From contig JAYWIR010000025.1 of NCBI GenBank assembly GCA_036172245.1, positions 1,984,001-2,048,000 on the forward strand: DNA of 64,000 bases, written 5' to 3'. Both the position numbers and the translations under genes were made by a program. This document shows positions 1 through 12,684 of this stretch, piece after piece; the first letter of the stretch is position 1; each line of letters starts with the position of its first letter. The notes under the pieces are model-generated. The model did not search any database. It was not told the origin of the DNA and saw nothing but the letters and a program-made list of their open reading frames with translations. Source of the stretch: Raillietiella orientalis. Taxonomy: Eukaryota.

Positions 1-2897
1 GATGAATCTACTTGACGCCGAGCCATCACAACAGGCACTCTTTCCACGGTGGGACTTACCCCCCATTCTCTGAACTGCCTAACCTATTCTTTCCGTGCGA
101 GATGTTCCGTGTGGAGCCGCGGTATGGAAGTCGAGTACATTCCCATGCACCTGCGCTGCAAATTCCAAACGCGCGGTTCATTCCGTGCTCGGGGCACCAC
201 AGTGGCTGGATTCGGTTTCCCCAGCACTAACGGGGACGGGTGGTCTGTTCAGACTATGCTTGGAGTGCGAATTCCAGAGGACTCTTCAGGACTCCCAGCT
301 GCTCTTCCCATGTCTGCCGAGCGCTCTCCATCGCCGCATTCTTGCTTCGGATGGCTCAGATTTAGAGCTCCAGCCGACCTGGGGATACTCTCCAGGGAAG
401 ACAAGCTTCCACTTGCAATCCACAACAGAGATTTGTTTTCTGTCGTGAAATCAGCAATAAGTTCGACTGTAAGATTCATTACAATAAATCTTGGCAAGGG
501 ATTCCAAAACGCTGGATCCAATCTATCAAAGGAGTTCATGACTGCTACTCCTGTTTGTTCGCCAAGCAGTTGCTCAGGCAACGAAACTTGCAAAACACGT
601 TACACTGTTATTATTTGTTCGAAAAATGCGGGCGATTAAGCAGCAGTGGAAATGTACGAATTGTCAATCTCAGAGATATCGATTTCAAAGCATCAAAATT
701 AGCTTCTCGAGCTTTTGGGCTTTTTATCTGGAGCAATGCCAAGTGGTTTTTTTTTCCGGTATGGAAAGCTTCAGCAGGATGTAAGGAGCAGCTAATGAAG
801 GATGGCTGCATGCGAACCAAAAGCCTCGTGATGAGAAAGATTGGCAGATGGGTACGAAATCCAAGTAGAATCCGAAGACCACCGTGCAGAACCACGCTGC
901 TTCCATGAGGAGGGCATTCATTCCCGACAATATTTCATGAGATTCATCTCGAATCCCACGTTCATCTCACTGCACTCCCACTAAGCATAGTCTGAGAAGG
1001 TTTCCGGAAGTGCAGGGAGCAAGCAGGCTCCAGAATAAAGAGGATGACCTTTCATGGTGACGGCATATGGGAATAAAGAGCGTGTTTCCAATTCGCTCAT
1101 GTCGGAGAACGAGTGACTTGGAGTTTGTCTCACCAGGAATTTCAGAATAAGGGAAGCTGTGGAATTGGACTCTGCGGTGGAAGAGCACCAAAGTTGCCAA
1201 GATGCGGAGGAAACATGGGAGTTGGAAGAAGTGAAACAGAAAGTCAGGCCCGGAATACTGAACATAAAGAACACCTTCAATGTACAACATAGAGTGCTCA
1301 ACGCACTTATAGAATAGATAGGCAACCGTAAAGAAGAAGAATTTCAGATCAGTGGTGACCGTTTTGTGCCAATGTATGAGGAAAAAAGGAACTCAGGGAA
1401 GCTACTTTTTTTAGTTGTCTGATTTTTCCTCTTCCTTCAACATCAATCTACGCAGAGCCGTAGGCGAAAATAATTCAGGATAATTCAGATGGTAACTTTA
1501 ATTCCATCTATGAGCGCTTACAGGTCGTGGGAACCATCGGGTCGTTGCCGTATGCAAATTTCGTTGCATTTGCATTCCTATGGTGCACACGTAAATACGT
1601 TATCGTTGCATGTTGCGGAAAATGCAACAGTGAACACCTAACTACAATAAAAGGAACACTACTAAAGACGAGACTCCGATACATGACGGAATGTGGTTTG
1701 GGTAGAGACACTGTGTTCGTTGCTGGGCAAAATCGTTCGTCCACGCGAAGCTCAGCAAATGCTTCGAAACCACGCAAAGAGGGTATCCACTTTCCTCCTT
1801 CACACCTCCCCTATTCAGACTTGGCGACAGTTGATGTCAGAGTTTAAGAATGATAGCGGATTAATTCGAGCCTCTTCATCTTCCTCGCTTCCTGACCAGG
1901 AAAGCAACAGAAAAGTCGAGAGCCAGTGGGAAGAAATCTGATGGTGGCTATGTAAGCAACGCCATCACGAAAGAGCAACCATCTCAACCTAAGTAGCGTT
2001 TGATTTTTAGCGTGAGACTCGGCACATAACTCTATTCTTCAAATAATGTGCCATACGAAGGAATGGCAGATGATAATGAGAGCACGAGAGAGATTTAGCA
2101 TCGAACCATCGTCATTTGTTGTTGACCATCACCTGCTCAAAGAAGCACCTGTTGATCCTATCTACTGATCCTCCCCATCTATTAGCATGGCACTTCCTAA
2201 GCAGGTGTGCGTACACACAAGGAAGAGAGGACTTGTGCTTTTCGGCATATGAGGCTTGCCACACATTATGCCATACTGTATGCTTGGAATGTGCTGTGAT
2301 GACGTCATGGCATGCAGCGCTTCAATCATATCCAGAGTATGTGCATGTCCACGTTCTCCACCACCTCGTGGTATTCACCAGCAGGGCCGTGAAGAAAGCT
2401 GTAGCTGAAAGCACGACGGCATGGCCTTGCAACGACACCCTGCCTCGACCTATCCTTTTGCACCCATCGGGTAGCCACTGGATGTCCACCGGTTCTGCAT
2501 CCTTTGCGTCCTTCGTCAAGACCCTCGCACCGCCCCTTCCTGAGCATGCGGCTCAGTGAAAACCGTCGCAGAACGCTTCCGAGGTGTTCTCACCAGCGAC
2601 GGAACGGACGGTCACTCAGAGTCAGCGTTGCAGAGCCTCTGGGGCGCGAATGTGACGCGGCACCGAACAGAGCGAGGAGGCGGCGGGCTGGAAGACAGTT
2701 TCGGGGCCGGGGGAGTGCGGCTGGCTGCGCGGAAGAACAGATCGGAAGGTTCGCTTCGGAAGGAAACAGGTCGACTTCACTCCGGGAGCAGAGCAAAGGT
2801 GACCTCCAGCGGCCGAGCTCAAGTGCGCGTTCGGAAGGAAGGATGCCGACAAAGAAGGGGGTTTGAGACGGAGGAAAGGGAGAATTTCTTGGACAAC

Positions 2898-3063
2898 CTG
2901 ATCTTCAGACCGGCGTCCTTGATGCTGTCCCTCATGCACAAGATCTGGTTCTGGGAAGTTTTCCTGAGTTCGGCGACTTCGTGCTTCAGGAAGTTCGCCT
3001 TCTTGTGCAACAGACGCAGCAGCTGGCCGGTGCTCCTCGACAGTTTGAAATTCCCGGAAAAAC
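2898..3063 (-). CDS. Coiled-coil exon of AIP3-domain gene
   Basis: Acceptor cccttccag|, phase 1 start; LLRLLHKKANFLKHEVAELRKTSQNQILCMRDSIKDAGLKIR matches the family coiled coil. The donor (|gttgtc) is weak, so the 3' boundary is uncertain; read-through stop is at 2819. Confidence 0.75.
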
Positions 3064-3536
3064 CTGGAAGGGAACAAGAAGAGCCCACTAGGTTCGATCA
3101 GTAGGGAAAATGCGCAGCAGAGAGTGCCAGAGGCCTCTCTCGATGAGGCTGACCGGAAGTGGCGGATTTGGGCAGTTCAGGCGGGATTTCGAAGTCTCTA
3201 TGGAAACGAAGGAGAGAGGGTCGAATCCCGAGCCTCGCAGCAGAGCCATCCCACCTCCACGCGAGGTAGAAAAAGACCAACCAAGGGCTTGAGGTGATCA
3301 GCCACCGCAAGCTCTCCGAAGCTCCAGGAGGGCTGTTCCGGAGCAGGACCTGCCTCTCACGAACCTCCTAGCTTTCTGCAGTCCTTCAGGAAGATGGGCT
3401 CGCCTCTTCGGCGTCCAAGTGGTGGATGGAAGGGCAGTCTAGCGTCAAAGGCACCTTCCCCTCCCCCTATCCCCCTCTCGAAATTGTTTTTTTGTTTTTT
3501 TAAAAGCCAGTAGCGACCTCACGGGGAGATCGTTAC

Positions 3537-3575
3537 TGAAGCATAACAGTAACGATTAGTTACTGTTATGCTTCA
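3537..3575. repeat. Perfect 17-bp inverted repeat, 5-nt loop
   Basis: TGAAGCATAACAGTAAC-GATTA-GTTACTGTTATGCTTCA. Confidence 0.95.
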
Positions 3576-3769
3576 CTGTTTTCCTGTCAGTTTTTTTTTT
3601 TTTTTGGGGGGGGGGGGGGAGGAAGAGGGGAATCTTGTTTTTGGTTCTCAAGAAGTACTGAAGAAGTATTTGCCTCCTTGTGGGGGGCTCACCAAGCTCT
3701 TTAACACGGCCCAGTCCACCTCATGGTGGCGTACCCACTAGTGGATATTCTCTATCTTGAAGACTTAAC

Positions 3770-4406
3770 GTGCACTCTTCAAGATAGGAGGTACCCAGGT
3801 AGGGGACCACCCTATGTATCCAGAGAGTTTCCGGAGAAAGGAGTCTGTTCCTCTTACTCTTGGTAAGGAACTCCGAAGGGAACCCTCTCTGTGGGTGTCC
3901 TCGAAGGGAAACTCTCCCTTATACCCTAAGGTGAGACCTCCAGGAGGGAGACGCCCCATTATTTTCATTCCGAACCGAATACGGGAAGGAGCCGTTCCTC
4001 TGAAGAGAACTCCAAAGGGACGCTTCGAGATTTCTCTGGAGGATCGCTCCTAGAAGGGAGCAGCGCGAAGGAGACTCTGGAGAGGCGACCCTCCGAAAGG
4101 CGTATCAACAAGCTCCATGGTACATGATAGTATGGCTCCATTATCACATCCGGAGGGGAGCCTCGAAGAGAACCGGCTCCTTGATTCCTGGAAGGACTCT
4201 TGAAGATCGGCTTCCAATCCCGGCCAGTCGACGGGGACCATCCGACGGCTTCCACCAGTGCCTGAATGGGCCAATCAGCGTCATCTTGCAGGGGGACTCG
4301 AAACCCGCGACGCACCCCCGGTTCTCGGAGCCAATCCTTCTCCGAGAGGGATTCAAACCCCTACGTCTGGTGCCACACGCGGAGAAAACGCAGCCATGAG
4401 GCCACC
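3770..4406 (-). mobile_element. tRNA-headed SINE-like element, copy A
   Basis: Minus strand starts GGTGGCCTCATGGCT...GGTTTGAATCC (A/B box-like); shares the GACTGGCCGGGATTGGAAG...CCTTCCAGGAATCAAGGAGC core and the ...TTGAAGAGT tail with the other copies. Confidence 0.8.
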
Positions 4407-4449
4407 GATGCGAACTTGGAGAAACTCAGGGAACTCTTCGTTGAACAAC

Positions 4450-5700
4450 TCCCACAGTGATCTTCTCTCATCCAAGAGCTGCGGTCTGGAGACTCTCGCG
4501 TTCTTTATGGATTAGAATCGAATCTTTCTCTCGAGTCTTCGGACGCTGCGGATGAGACGCGGACAGCAATCCAGGAAGCGCGGAGACGATCCTCGTTGCG
4601 CCACCTTCCTGAGGAGGGCACTTGGTGGATTTCGTCCCCTGCCACAACTGATCCCGGATCCCAGGAATTTCGACCGAAGTCTTGGCCATGGAGGCAACGA
4701 TCTACCTCGCATGCGTCTCCTTCCTTGAGGGAGGAGCTGTGACTCCTCGCCCTTAGTTAACCCAGCGGTGCATCTCGACGTACCGCTCCCTGATACCGTC
4801 CATCTAGATTTTATTACCCACCTTCATCCCCAGCAGCAAACGGACCCGCCTCGCCGGGATTCAGAAAGGGGACGGTGTGCGCCTAGGGAGAGCTAGAGGC
4901 TTCTTCTGCAGACATCCTTGCTGGAGGAATCTGGGAGACCCTTAGAGCATGGACGCAGCTCCGTCCTCAGCAGTTTTGGCAAAACAACCTCTGCTTAGGA
5001 CTCAACTTTCCCCTATGCTGCTTCTTTCACTCCTGTGGAGCCTGCGTGACCTCGGCAGAGAGTGGCTGAGAGGAAACAGGAGAGACCCTCGATCTGCGCA
5101 TCTCATTCCACCAAGTGGCCCCTGAAGACCCGTTTGTAGGCACTGGGTCCCCCAGAGGTACATGGAATTCGTGAGCACTCCCTCTGGAGATCGGAAAGCC
5201 TTCGCGTTCCGCGACAGCTGGCAGCTTTGAATGCCTGAAGGCAGATTTTGGAGGTGCTGGCGAATGGCATGGAACCTCTTGGACGCATGCGCGGAAAAGG
5301 GTGGCCTTCGAAAGGAGATTCCCGCTGCCAGAATTCGTATGTCATGGACACGCCGAAGGACACGTGACCTCATCCACCAGGGATCCACGCGAAGGACATG
5401 CGCACCGCCGCGAGACGCCTTTCTGGTCGCCTGGACACCAGATGCCGATGGGGGCGCTTTCATGCCGAAAGAGGAGATGACCCAAGCGTGAGAAACGGCA
5501 CCCCGTTGAGGACTCGGTGCGTGCGCTCACTTGACCCGCGGAACCAGGAGGAAGCCAGAGGACCCGACCTGTGTGGGATAGCAGGGCCAGGGTAGCAGGT
5601 CCGCGGCCTGCTGGAAGGAAGCAAGGGAGAGAATGAAGCGCGGGAAGCGAAGAGAGGGACATAATCCTTCGAAGGGATGCAGAGCCTGTGGATTTCCACT
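4450..5700 (-). mobile_element. Decayed non-LTR retrotransposon RT fragment (intronic)
   Basis: KAFRS (KAFDS), DRGSLLF (QGDxLSPxLF) and AED (ADD) in order with frameshifts. Confidence 0.4.
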
Positions 5701-5810
5701 TCTCCTTCTTGCCTGAAGGAGGAGGGACTTTCCTTTTTCTTCCCCTGCTCCTCTCCCGCAGGCACGAAGGACTGTCCTTTCTGGTGGTCAGGAAGAAAGC
5801 GAAGACTCAC

Positions 5811-5899
5811 CTTTGTCCTCGAGCTGCCCCACCGTCAGGGCTTTCTGGATCAGGGTTGCCAGGTGAGCGAACTGCTTCTCCACGCTCTCCACTCGGGAC
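5811..5899 (-). CDS. Exon of AIP3-domain gene
   Basis: Acceptor tttcccag|, donor |gtgagt, phase 2 to 1; SRVESVEKQFAHLATLIQKAL matches the family motif RMExMERQLAxLTGLVQKAL. Confidence 0.85.
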
Positions 5900-6755
5900 C
5901 TGGGAAAGAGACCAAAGGCAGCAGCATCCCGTGGTAGCCCTCGTTTTTCGTGCCACCTGGGGAGGGAGGATTCTAGGGACTCTCGAATATGGAAGGCTCC
6001 CCTGCATTCGTCATTTCTTTTCCCCGGGGGAGAGCTTTTCTTCCTCCCTCCCTCTTTACCCCGTGGGGCCACCTGCGGCAAGCGCAACTTCCATCGGCCT
6101 CATCTCAGGCGGGGAAGGGCGCACTCTCTCGTGCAGTCCGGTCGACCGTCCCACTCGGATCGCCACCGGAGTGACCTCACCGACCTCTCCTACTGGTCAG
6201 AGAGGGTGCCCTCTCACAGCCTGCCATCTGTGAGGGAACTCTATCCCTTCCCTCCTTCTGCCCTCCTGAGTTGGTCGGGGGTCAGATTGAAAGGGTGGAG
6301 ATGCCCTCTTCCTGATCCCACCCACTCTGTGCCTCCGTCTCCTTTCTTCCTTCCCTATTGACCCGGAGGATCCTGCACGCGGAACTGACCTTCCCATCCC
6401 CTCCTTCTGCCATAGTAGAGCTAGAGGAAGGTCTTGCATGCAGCCACTGAAGGCAGGAAGTCGGGAACACGCGCACGTTTCGGAGACGGCCGTCTGCGGG
6501 TCGAGATCACTTTGATGGCAGTCACCCCCTGGCATCATCCTCCCTTGTTCAAGCTAGTCAGTTTCCCCCATCCCTAGTCAGTTTCCCTAAAATTCCATTT
6601 GGAGTGGATGGGGGGCGCTGAGAGGACACATGGGTAAGAAAGTCCCGTTCTTGCCGAGAACAACGGTTCCAGGAAGCTGGGCAAGCGGAGGGGGAGGGGG
6701 TCCTGGACGAACCCTGCCGGTTTCCCGGGAAAAGTGTCAAGGAAGTGATGCTTAC

Positions 6756-6861
6756 CTCGCTTCCTCGTCCACGGCGGAGGCTTCAGGATCACGCGAGTGG
6801 GCTCGCCGGTCGTCCAGCGTACCCCTCCTGCCGCCGTCTCCTAGCCACCTTCCGGAGCTGT
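6756..6861 (-). CDS. Exon of AIP3-domain gene
   Basis: Acceptor ttctcag|, donor |gtaagc, phase 1 to 2; ends SAVDEEAR (family motif xxIDEEAR). Confidence 0.75.
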
Positions 6862-8130
6862 CTGAGAACGGAAAAAGACGAAATTTAGTTTCCTCACCTG
6901 CCGCTAGATGTAGAAATGGGTGCTCACTAAGCTTCCCCTCGGTAGCGTTGAGAGGCCATACGAGGGGGACGACGCTGCGGGTCTTTCGTCGTCCAACCCT
7001 AGAGTCAATCGAGAGGGGGTCCGGGATGGAGGAAGGCAAAACTTCGTCCACTCCCTTAATCTTCCGCGTTGTATTTTCCCACCTTGCCGGTCTCATCGAT
7101 TATACACCCCAGGATGGGAAGCCCTTCCTCCCCACATGCAGAAGGGGCCTCAGTCACGGGGGACGGAACACAAGAAGAAGGTGCCACGGGCTAAACGAGG
7201 GCCATTGCCCCCTTCTGCTCCCCTCCCTCACCCCATCCCCACTTTCTCTTTCTTGAGTTTCCTCTTCCCAATTTCGTGAGGGTCGAGGGCAACAACTGTA
7301 AAAGGGGCCGGACATACAACCTTCGCGACAGAGTGCCCACAAAGGGAGCGCGCGCTTCGCGGGCAATTTCCGGGACGCGACACCGCGGTGGCGGACTGCG
7401 CGCTTTCCATGCGGCTCTGAGCAGTGCCCAGCTCTCGTGAGCAGAGGCGGAGCGCTGACCCCTCCTCTCCCTGTGTTTCCTCCGACCGACGGTCCGTTCC
7501 ACCTCGCTCCAGGAGCTCGAGGTCACGCGCTACTTTCGTCTCCGCGTGGCCCAAAGAACGGCTTGATCACTCCCCACGTGACCACCTCCGAAAACTCGCT
7601 TCCCGCCATTCCTACCTTGCTAGTAGGAAAGCATCTGGTCCTCGGTGCAGGACTCCTTGTCCTGAGGACCTACGGTCTCCCGGTGAACCGAGGCCGCGTG
7701 GACCCACCCAAAGAACGCGCGCAGCACAATCGCAGGATCAGACGCGAACGTGGAGAGGAGGGGGGCGAGGAGAGCATCCCAGAGTTCGGCGCCTTTCCCC
7801 CTGGCCGGTCCAGGAGCCCGAGTAGGGCAGCGGCTATCCCAGGTGGCAGGAGAAAGCGCGCCCCCTTGGAGAGAGATCGACGGCGTCCCACGCAGGGCCG
7901 CAGCGCGAGAGGGAAAACCTGGAGGGCAGGAAGCGCACGCGTCAGCGCGCAGTCCAGAGTCCCGGGTCTGGGCCGCCGAGAGACCTCAACTAACTCTCTC
8001 TATGGTGACCTCGCGCGAGTCCCGCAGCTGCTCCGAAAGCGGGGGAGAACCCTCCTCCCTCCTGGAGGGCCAGGGTAGGCGTGTGAGCGAGCGATCCCTT
8101 CCCCTCCCTGTAGAAGCTGGAGGGACGCAC

Positions 8131-8284
8131 CTTCGGGCGGGCTCCTGCTGAGAAGTGGCTGCTGCTGCTCCCGGGCGACGCTCTCCTGCGTGCGGCGCCG
8201 GCAAGACTCTCTCCGTTCAGGTGGGACGCGCGGCTTCTGGAAGGACATGCCCGGACCGGGTGCGGGCTGGGGGGAAGGCATGAA
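8131..8284 (-). CDS. Probable Pro/Ser-rich exon of AIP3-domain gene
   Basis: Follows a 46-nt intron with polypyrimidine tract and ctccag| acceptor; donor |gtgcgt; phase 0 to 1; open frame FMPSPQPAPGPGMSFQKPRVPPERR...; phase-compatible with both neighbours. Confidence 0.6.
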
Positions 8285-8330
8285 CTGGAGCGGGAAGGAA
8301 GGAAGGAGGGGGAGGGGGAGCTAAAAATAC

Positions 8331-8457
8331 CTCGGTCTCTGCAGAAAGCGGCAGCGAGTCTGTCCTGTTGCCCGACTGGCCGACGCATCCCCGGGGCATC
8401 ACGGCAAGCATGTCCTCCGACTCGTAGATCCTGAGAATGCTCTTGTCCCTCACGTCT
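8331..8457 (-). CDS. Exon of AIP3-domain gene
   Basis: Acceptor ttcccaag|, donor |gtattt, phase 2 to 0. Begins DVRDKSILRIYES, the direct continuation of YELEDLR in this family. Confidence 0.88.
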
Positions 8458-8499
8458 CTTGGGAATAAGAAAGAGGAACGTTGCGAGGACGGAAAAGGT

Positions 8500-9400
8500 C
8501 CCTGCCGGACTCCTCCCTCCCCGAAGCTCTTGGCTGGAGAAGGGAAAGGGATAGGCTAACAGTCCAATCGAACAGCGCAGCCCGCGACCACGAAGACAAG
8601 GGGACGCACTAGGGGGGCGCGCCGAGGGAGAGGCGGGAGCAGGCGGCCTGGTGTCCCCTTCCTTCCGTCCTTCTTCGGCCGTGATCACGGCTTCCGGAGA
8701 CCACAGTCGCACATTCGAACGAAGCAGCTCCAGAGCCAGCCTTCTTAGGCTGGGAGTGGAAGAGAGCGAACCACTTCGAAGAGCAAGAGTTCGAAAGGGA
8801 CCAGAAGAGATTGGGTTTCGCTGGCTGCATTGGAAAAGTTTCGACAACAGAAATTCCAGCCCTTCGCACAAGGTCATGCCAGTGTTGTGTGACCGACCTC
8901 GGGGGATCCACCTTGCGTTCGATCCCACTTGGCACCTTCCCTCGTACTCTTCTGCGTGCCACGTCCTTGTGGCTGTTTTCTTCAGGGGGTGGGTGGGTAG
9001 GCTTCTGCAAGCACTCAAGAGCCTTGACTTCACCCCATAGGGGCAAGGGAGGAGCTCCACAACGCTGCCATGTGGGGAAGCACTCACGGAGCTGTCCAAG
9101 ATGCGCGATAAGCGGGCAGGGGACACGTGGAAGGCTGGCCGCTTCCTGACGAGTCAACGGGGCATCCGGCCTCGGACGGAGGTTCTTCTTGCCAATGCGC
9201 ACCCGAAGTCCGAGCGATTCCGGGTCACCTCATGAATAGACTTCAAACCTGCGACAGGAATTATCCAGCTCGGCGTCGATCCTTCGCGGATGTCCCGAGC
9301 CTAATCTGCCCGAGACCGCACTTAGACCCCGTAGTCACATGACCGACTACGTTGGTGGCCCTAGGGTGGTGAGGCATCCGCGCGCGGCACCTAGGCACGG
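8500..9400 (-). mobile_element. 5' fragment of a non-LTR element (zinc finger-like and protease-like remnants)
   Basis: HDV-like fold at the 5' end, then PCP...ECFPTW zinc-finger-like and SQRNPISSGPF (QxNxxDCGxF-like) segments. Confidence 0.4.
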
Positions 9401-11849
9401 AAGTTCAGTCGTGTTCAGCCCATAATGCGTGTATGTCTTTAGTTGAACTCGCATTTTCTCACTTGACACGATGTCTCTATCACCTCGTGGTGTATAGTAA
9501 CCAACAAGTGACCTTGAACTCTTAGCATTCGCTCATCCCCATCACGTTGCCATCTTCTGTTCTTTAAGCCAGACCATTCACATCCTTACCCATCATCCTC
9601 AACCCGAATTCATGTGGCAAGAATGATGCTGGTCAGGTTGTGCTTTGCGCTGCTATCCACTGACGAACATATCTTCCGGCTTGCCCCTTCGCAAGCAGGC
9701 TGTCCTTGGAGTGGCAAGAAGGACCGACGGCATTCCCAAGGACTGAAGCTTAACTATCATGCCTGGCAGGGTGGCCAATACAACCGAGGTTCTGCTTTTG
9801 TTCTGAGTTCATACAGGAGGTCAGGAGGGGTTACCACGGGAAGGTGACACAGAGCACAACTCAAATGGCACATCAGGGGTTCCGTTCCGTCAACGCCATT
9901 ATCCGGAAGCAAGAGAAAACGATGCTTGGTCGTGTTCACTTCTCGGACGGTGTGTAGCACGCGCTCAGAAAGATGAGGACAAGAACGAGGTTTCCGGAAT
10001 CACCAGATGGATGCAAGCGGAGATGCGGCACCAACAGGTCAGCACACCACCTGCCCACAATTAGCAACTATTAGCTGAGGGCCAGAGACTAGGATGTATC
10101 CCCCAAGAACGCAGTTGGTCTCACTTGGTGTGTTTAAACTCCTGATGGGGCGGCAGATGGGGAAGCAGAAGGAAATTCCCGACGAGGAAGTATCTCAGAG
10201 CCATTGACCTACAGTGGACAAGGAACTGACCGATTCGAGAGATCTGGGCAGGGAAGACGTCAGGGAAGTGCAGTTGTGGAGAGTCCCTTCCCTTGTTAGC
10301 AGGATCTGAGCTGCAGAGCATGCCGTGGGCGAACGGGCGAAGGAAGGAGAGCAGCTCGATGGCAACGAAACTAAGACTGCCCTTCTCAGCGGCTTTTTCC
10401 TCGCCTCAGGAAAGCCATCGTTTTCGATAGGTCAGTCTCGCCTTAGCGACAGAGCAGTGGTCGTGTCGAGACTGCCGTGCAGCTCGGTTCTCGACTTTGT
10501 CTGTTGTGGTTCTTTTAGCGTTCCACCGCGTGTTGGATCGCAAAGCTAAAAATTACTTCTTGCGTGCAATAAGAGCAATAAGTAAAAAGTGGAAAAGCAA
10601 AGAACATTCGACCATCAGTCCACAAAGTGATCTCCAGAACAATGAAATGCATTCTGCAGAGGACAAGAGTTACCGGCAGCAAGCATGCAAGCATCCCAAG
10701 ATGACTGTCACTCTACTGGCTAAACATTTCATGAATCATTTCTCGCAGCGAGACAAATGATGGCGGGAAAGGTGTGAGAAAAGTGCCGAAAAGGATGCGG
10801 TGTCTTGGGAAACACGAGGGCCAACTCGGTTCCCGGTGAAGAACCTGCCTGACGTCTCGGTGCTTTGAAAGCATCAGGATTTCTCTCACTGCAAAGAGAG
10901 GAGCTGGCAGCCAGGAACTTTGAGGAAAGCGCAGGCGTTCTCTTCCGCAGATCGTGGTTGACATCAAAAGACCTTTGGCGCGTGATTCCCCACCAAACAT
11001 CGTTTCCTCTGTGAGAGAATGAAGATCTTCACGCCTTTCCCTCTATTGCTCTCTCTCCCTTTTTTTCTATTTCTATCTATCCATCTATCTATTTATCTCC
11101 CTTTTGCGATGCCTCTACGTTATTGGGTGCCAACTCTTTTCCTCATCGAGGATGGCGCGTGCGCTTCACGGAAGGAGATTCCAGAGCGTCGAAGGAGTGG
11201 CCCAATTCCCCTCCGTGGTCTTCTTTCCCCTCTCATCCGTCAGCAGCAACGAATGATTTGCGGAACGCAAGACCCCGAGTTCGTGTTCTGACATCCTGGA
11301 GGAACGGTGGAAGCCGAGCGAACGGGCCGACGACAGGGTGAGTGGCCGAGGTTGGCTGGCAAGCACGAGCATCAATCGCAGTAAGACCAAACGTTCCGGA
11401 AGCTGGATGAATGAGGAGAGACTGAGGAGAAGAAAGGAAGGGAAGCTCCCTGAGATGCGAACTTGGAGTAATCTCGGGTCCTTCTGAGGCTGGCGGATTC
11501 GCGTATTGCGCTGAGCACCTCTCGAGAGCTAAAGGACGCAGGAAAGGAGAGAGATGTTCCTCGCGACATCAGCCGCTTGATGCGCAGGGCGCGACGCCAG
11601 AAAAGCGCCCGAAATTTATCTCCGGCTTCCCGCCAAATCAGCAGTCCTGAACTGCTACATTGGCATCCTCACTAGAATTTTGCTGCGGCCACGTCCTCGC
11701 ATCCGCAGCTCAAACCGAAACACCCTTTTCGATGTTCCCTCCCTTCCATGGACTCGGGAGGAACGGAAGAGGGACCGAGGGTCCAGGTGGGCTAAGGAAC
11801 TTTGGAAAGTCTAGCAAAGGGGGTAGATGAAGACGTTCATCTTGCATCG

Positions 11850-12680
11850 CCGGATGAATGGGGAAATGGCCTCTCTTGGGATCTACAGTCCTCTACAGGG
11901 CGCCATCGTCTCCCGAAGAGCAACATCGAGTATTTTTTTTCCGTGTATATTCTTTAGATCTCTTCTCGAAGAAGTGATCCGAAGCGGTCGAACTCGGCAA
12001 CGGGAGGCTGCACGAAAAGGAAAGATCGAAGGAGAGGCCTCCGCCATCGTCTGATGATTGACCTTCAGCTCTGTATGAATCGAAAAGATCAGCAACTCTC
12101 ATTTTTGACAGAAATGACAGATTTCTTGTTGGACGCAACGAAGCAGCAGGCATGTCTCGCTCTGTAGCGCGTCTTCCACGGTGGGGTCGTCCTGCACCCG
12201 CACCCGCGACCCTCACCTGGCCCGTTGCTAAACGAGGGCTCCCTCTTTGCTCTTGAGGCCCTGCCAGCTGACATCTGGCTGGCACCCAGACTTCCGACAA
12301 GAGCAACGTCACTCAAAAAAAGACTAATAAAAGATAAGGGCGCATCCCTCGGCCCTCCCCTTGCTGTTCACACAAGCCATCACCGTTGCGGTAGTATTGG
12401 GAGCTCTTAATCCAAGCGGGGGCCGCCGCGACCCCACTTGCGACCCGTTTCGAGAAACGGGTAGCCCATTTCTGTCATCTGAGGTCTCCGGCCCCGCACG
12501 GGAGGAGTTGCTTTGCCACCGAAGCGAGCCTGACCCAAGACGGATCACAAGAATGAGCAAGGAGCAGACTCATGAGATGAGCCGGCATCGATTCGAAATC
12601 TCGAGCTCTATTCGCCTCAAACTGAGCCAAGCCATCGCGACAGTACACGCCCATGGCTGTTCTTGTGACCAGAAATGCCT
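11850..12680 (-). mobile_element. Possible RTE-like RT remnant
   Basis: Degenerate GVRQG-, YLGS- and RRxLxIxWxD-like segments in order. Confidence 0.3.
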
Positions 12681-12684
12681 GCGT

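Noticed and set aside
7990..9126. 378-aa ORF, and similar long ORFs such as 34956-35861, 12867-13619 and 45778-46581
   Set aside because: GC-rich spurious frames crossing true exon/intron boundaries or decayed repeats.
9614..10320. Helitron PIF1 helicase remnant
   Set aside because: Only a vague HS-x-x-LK similarity; no Walker A or DE motif found.
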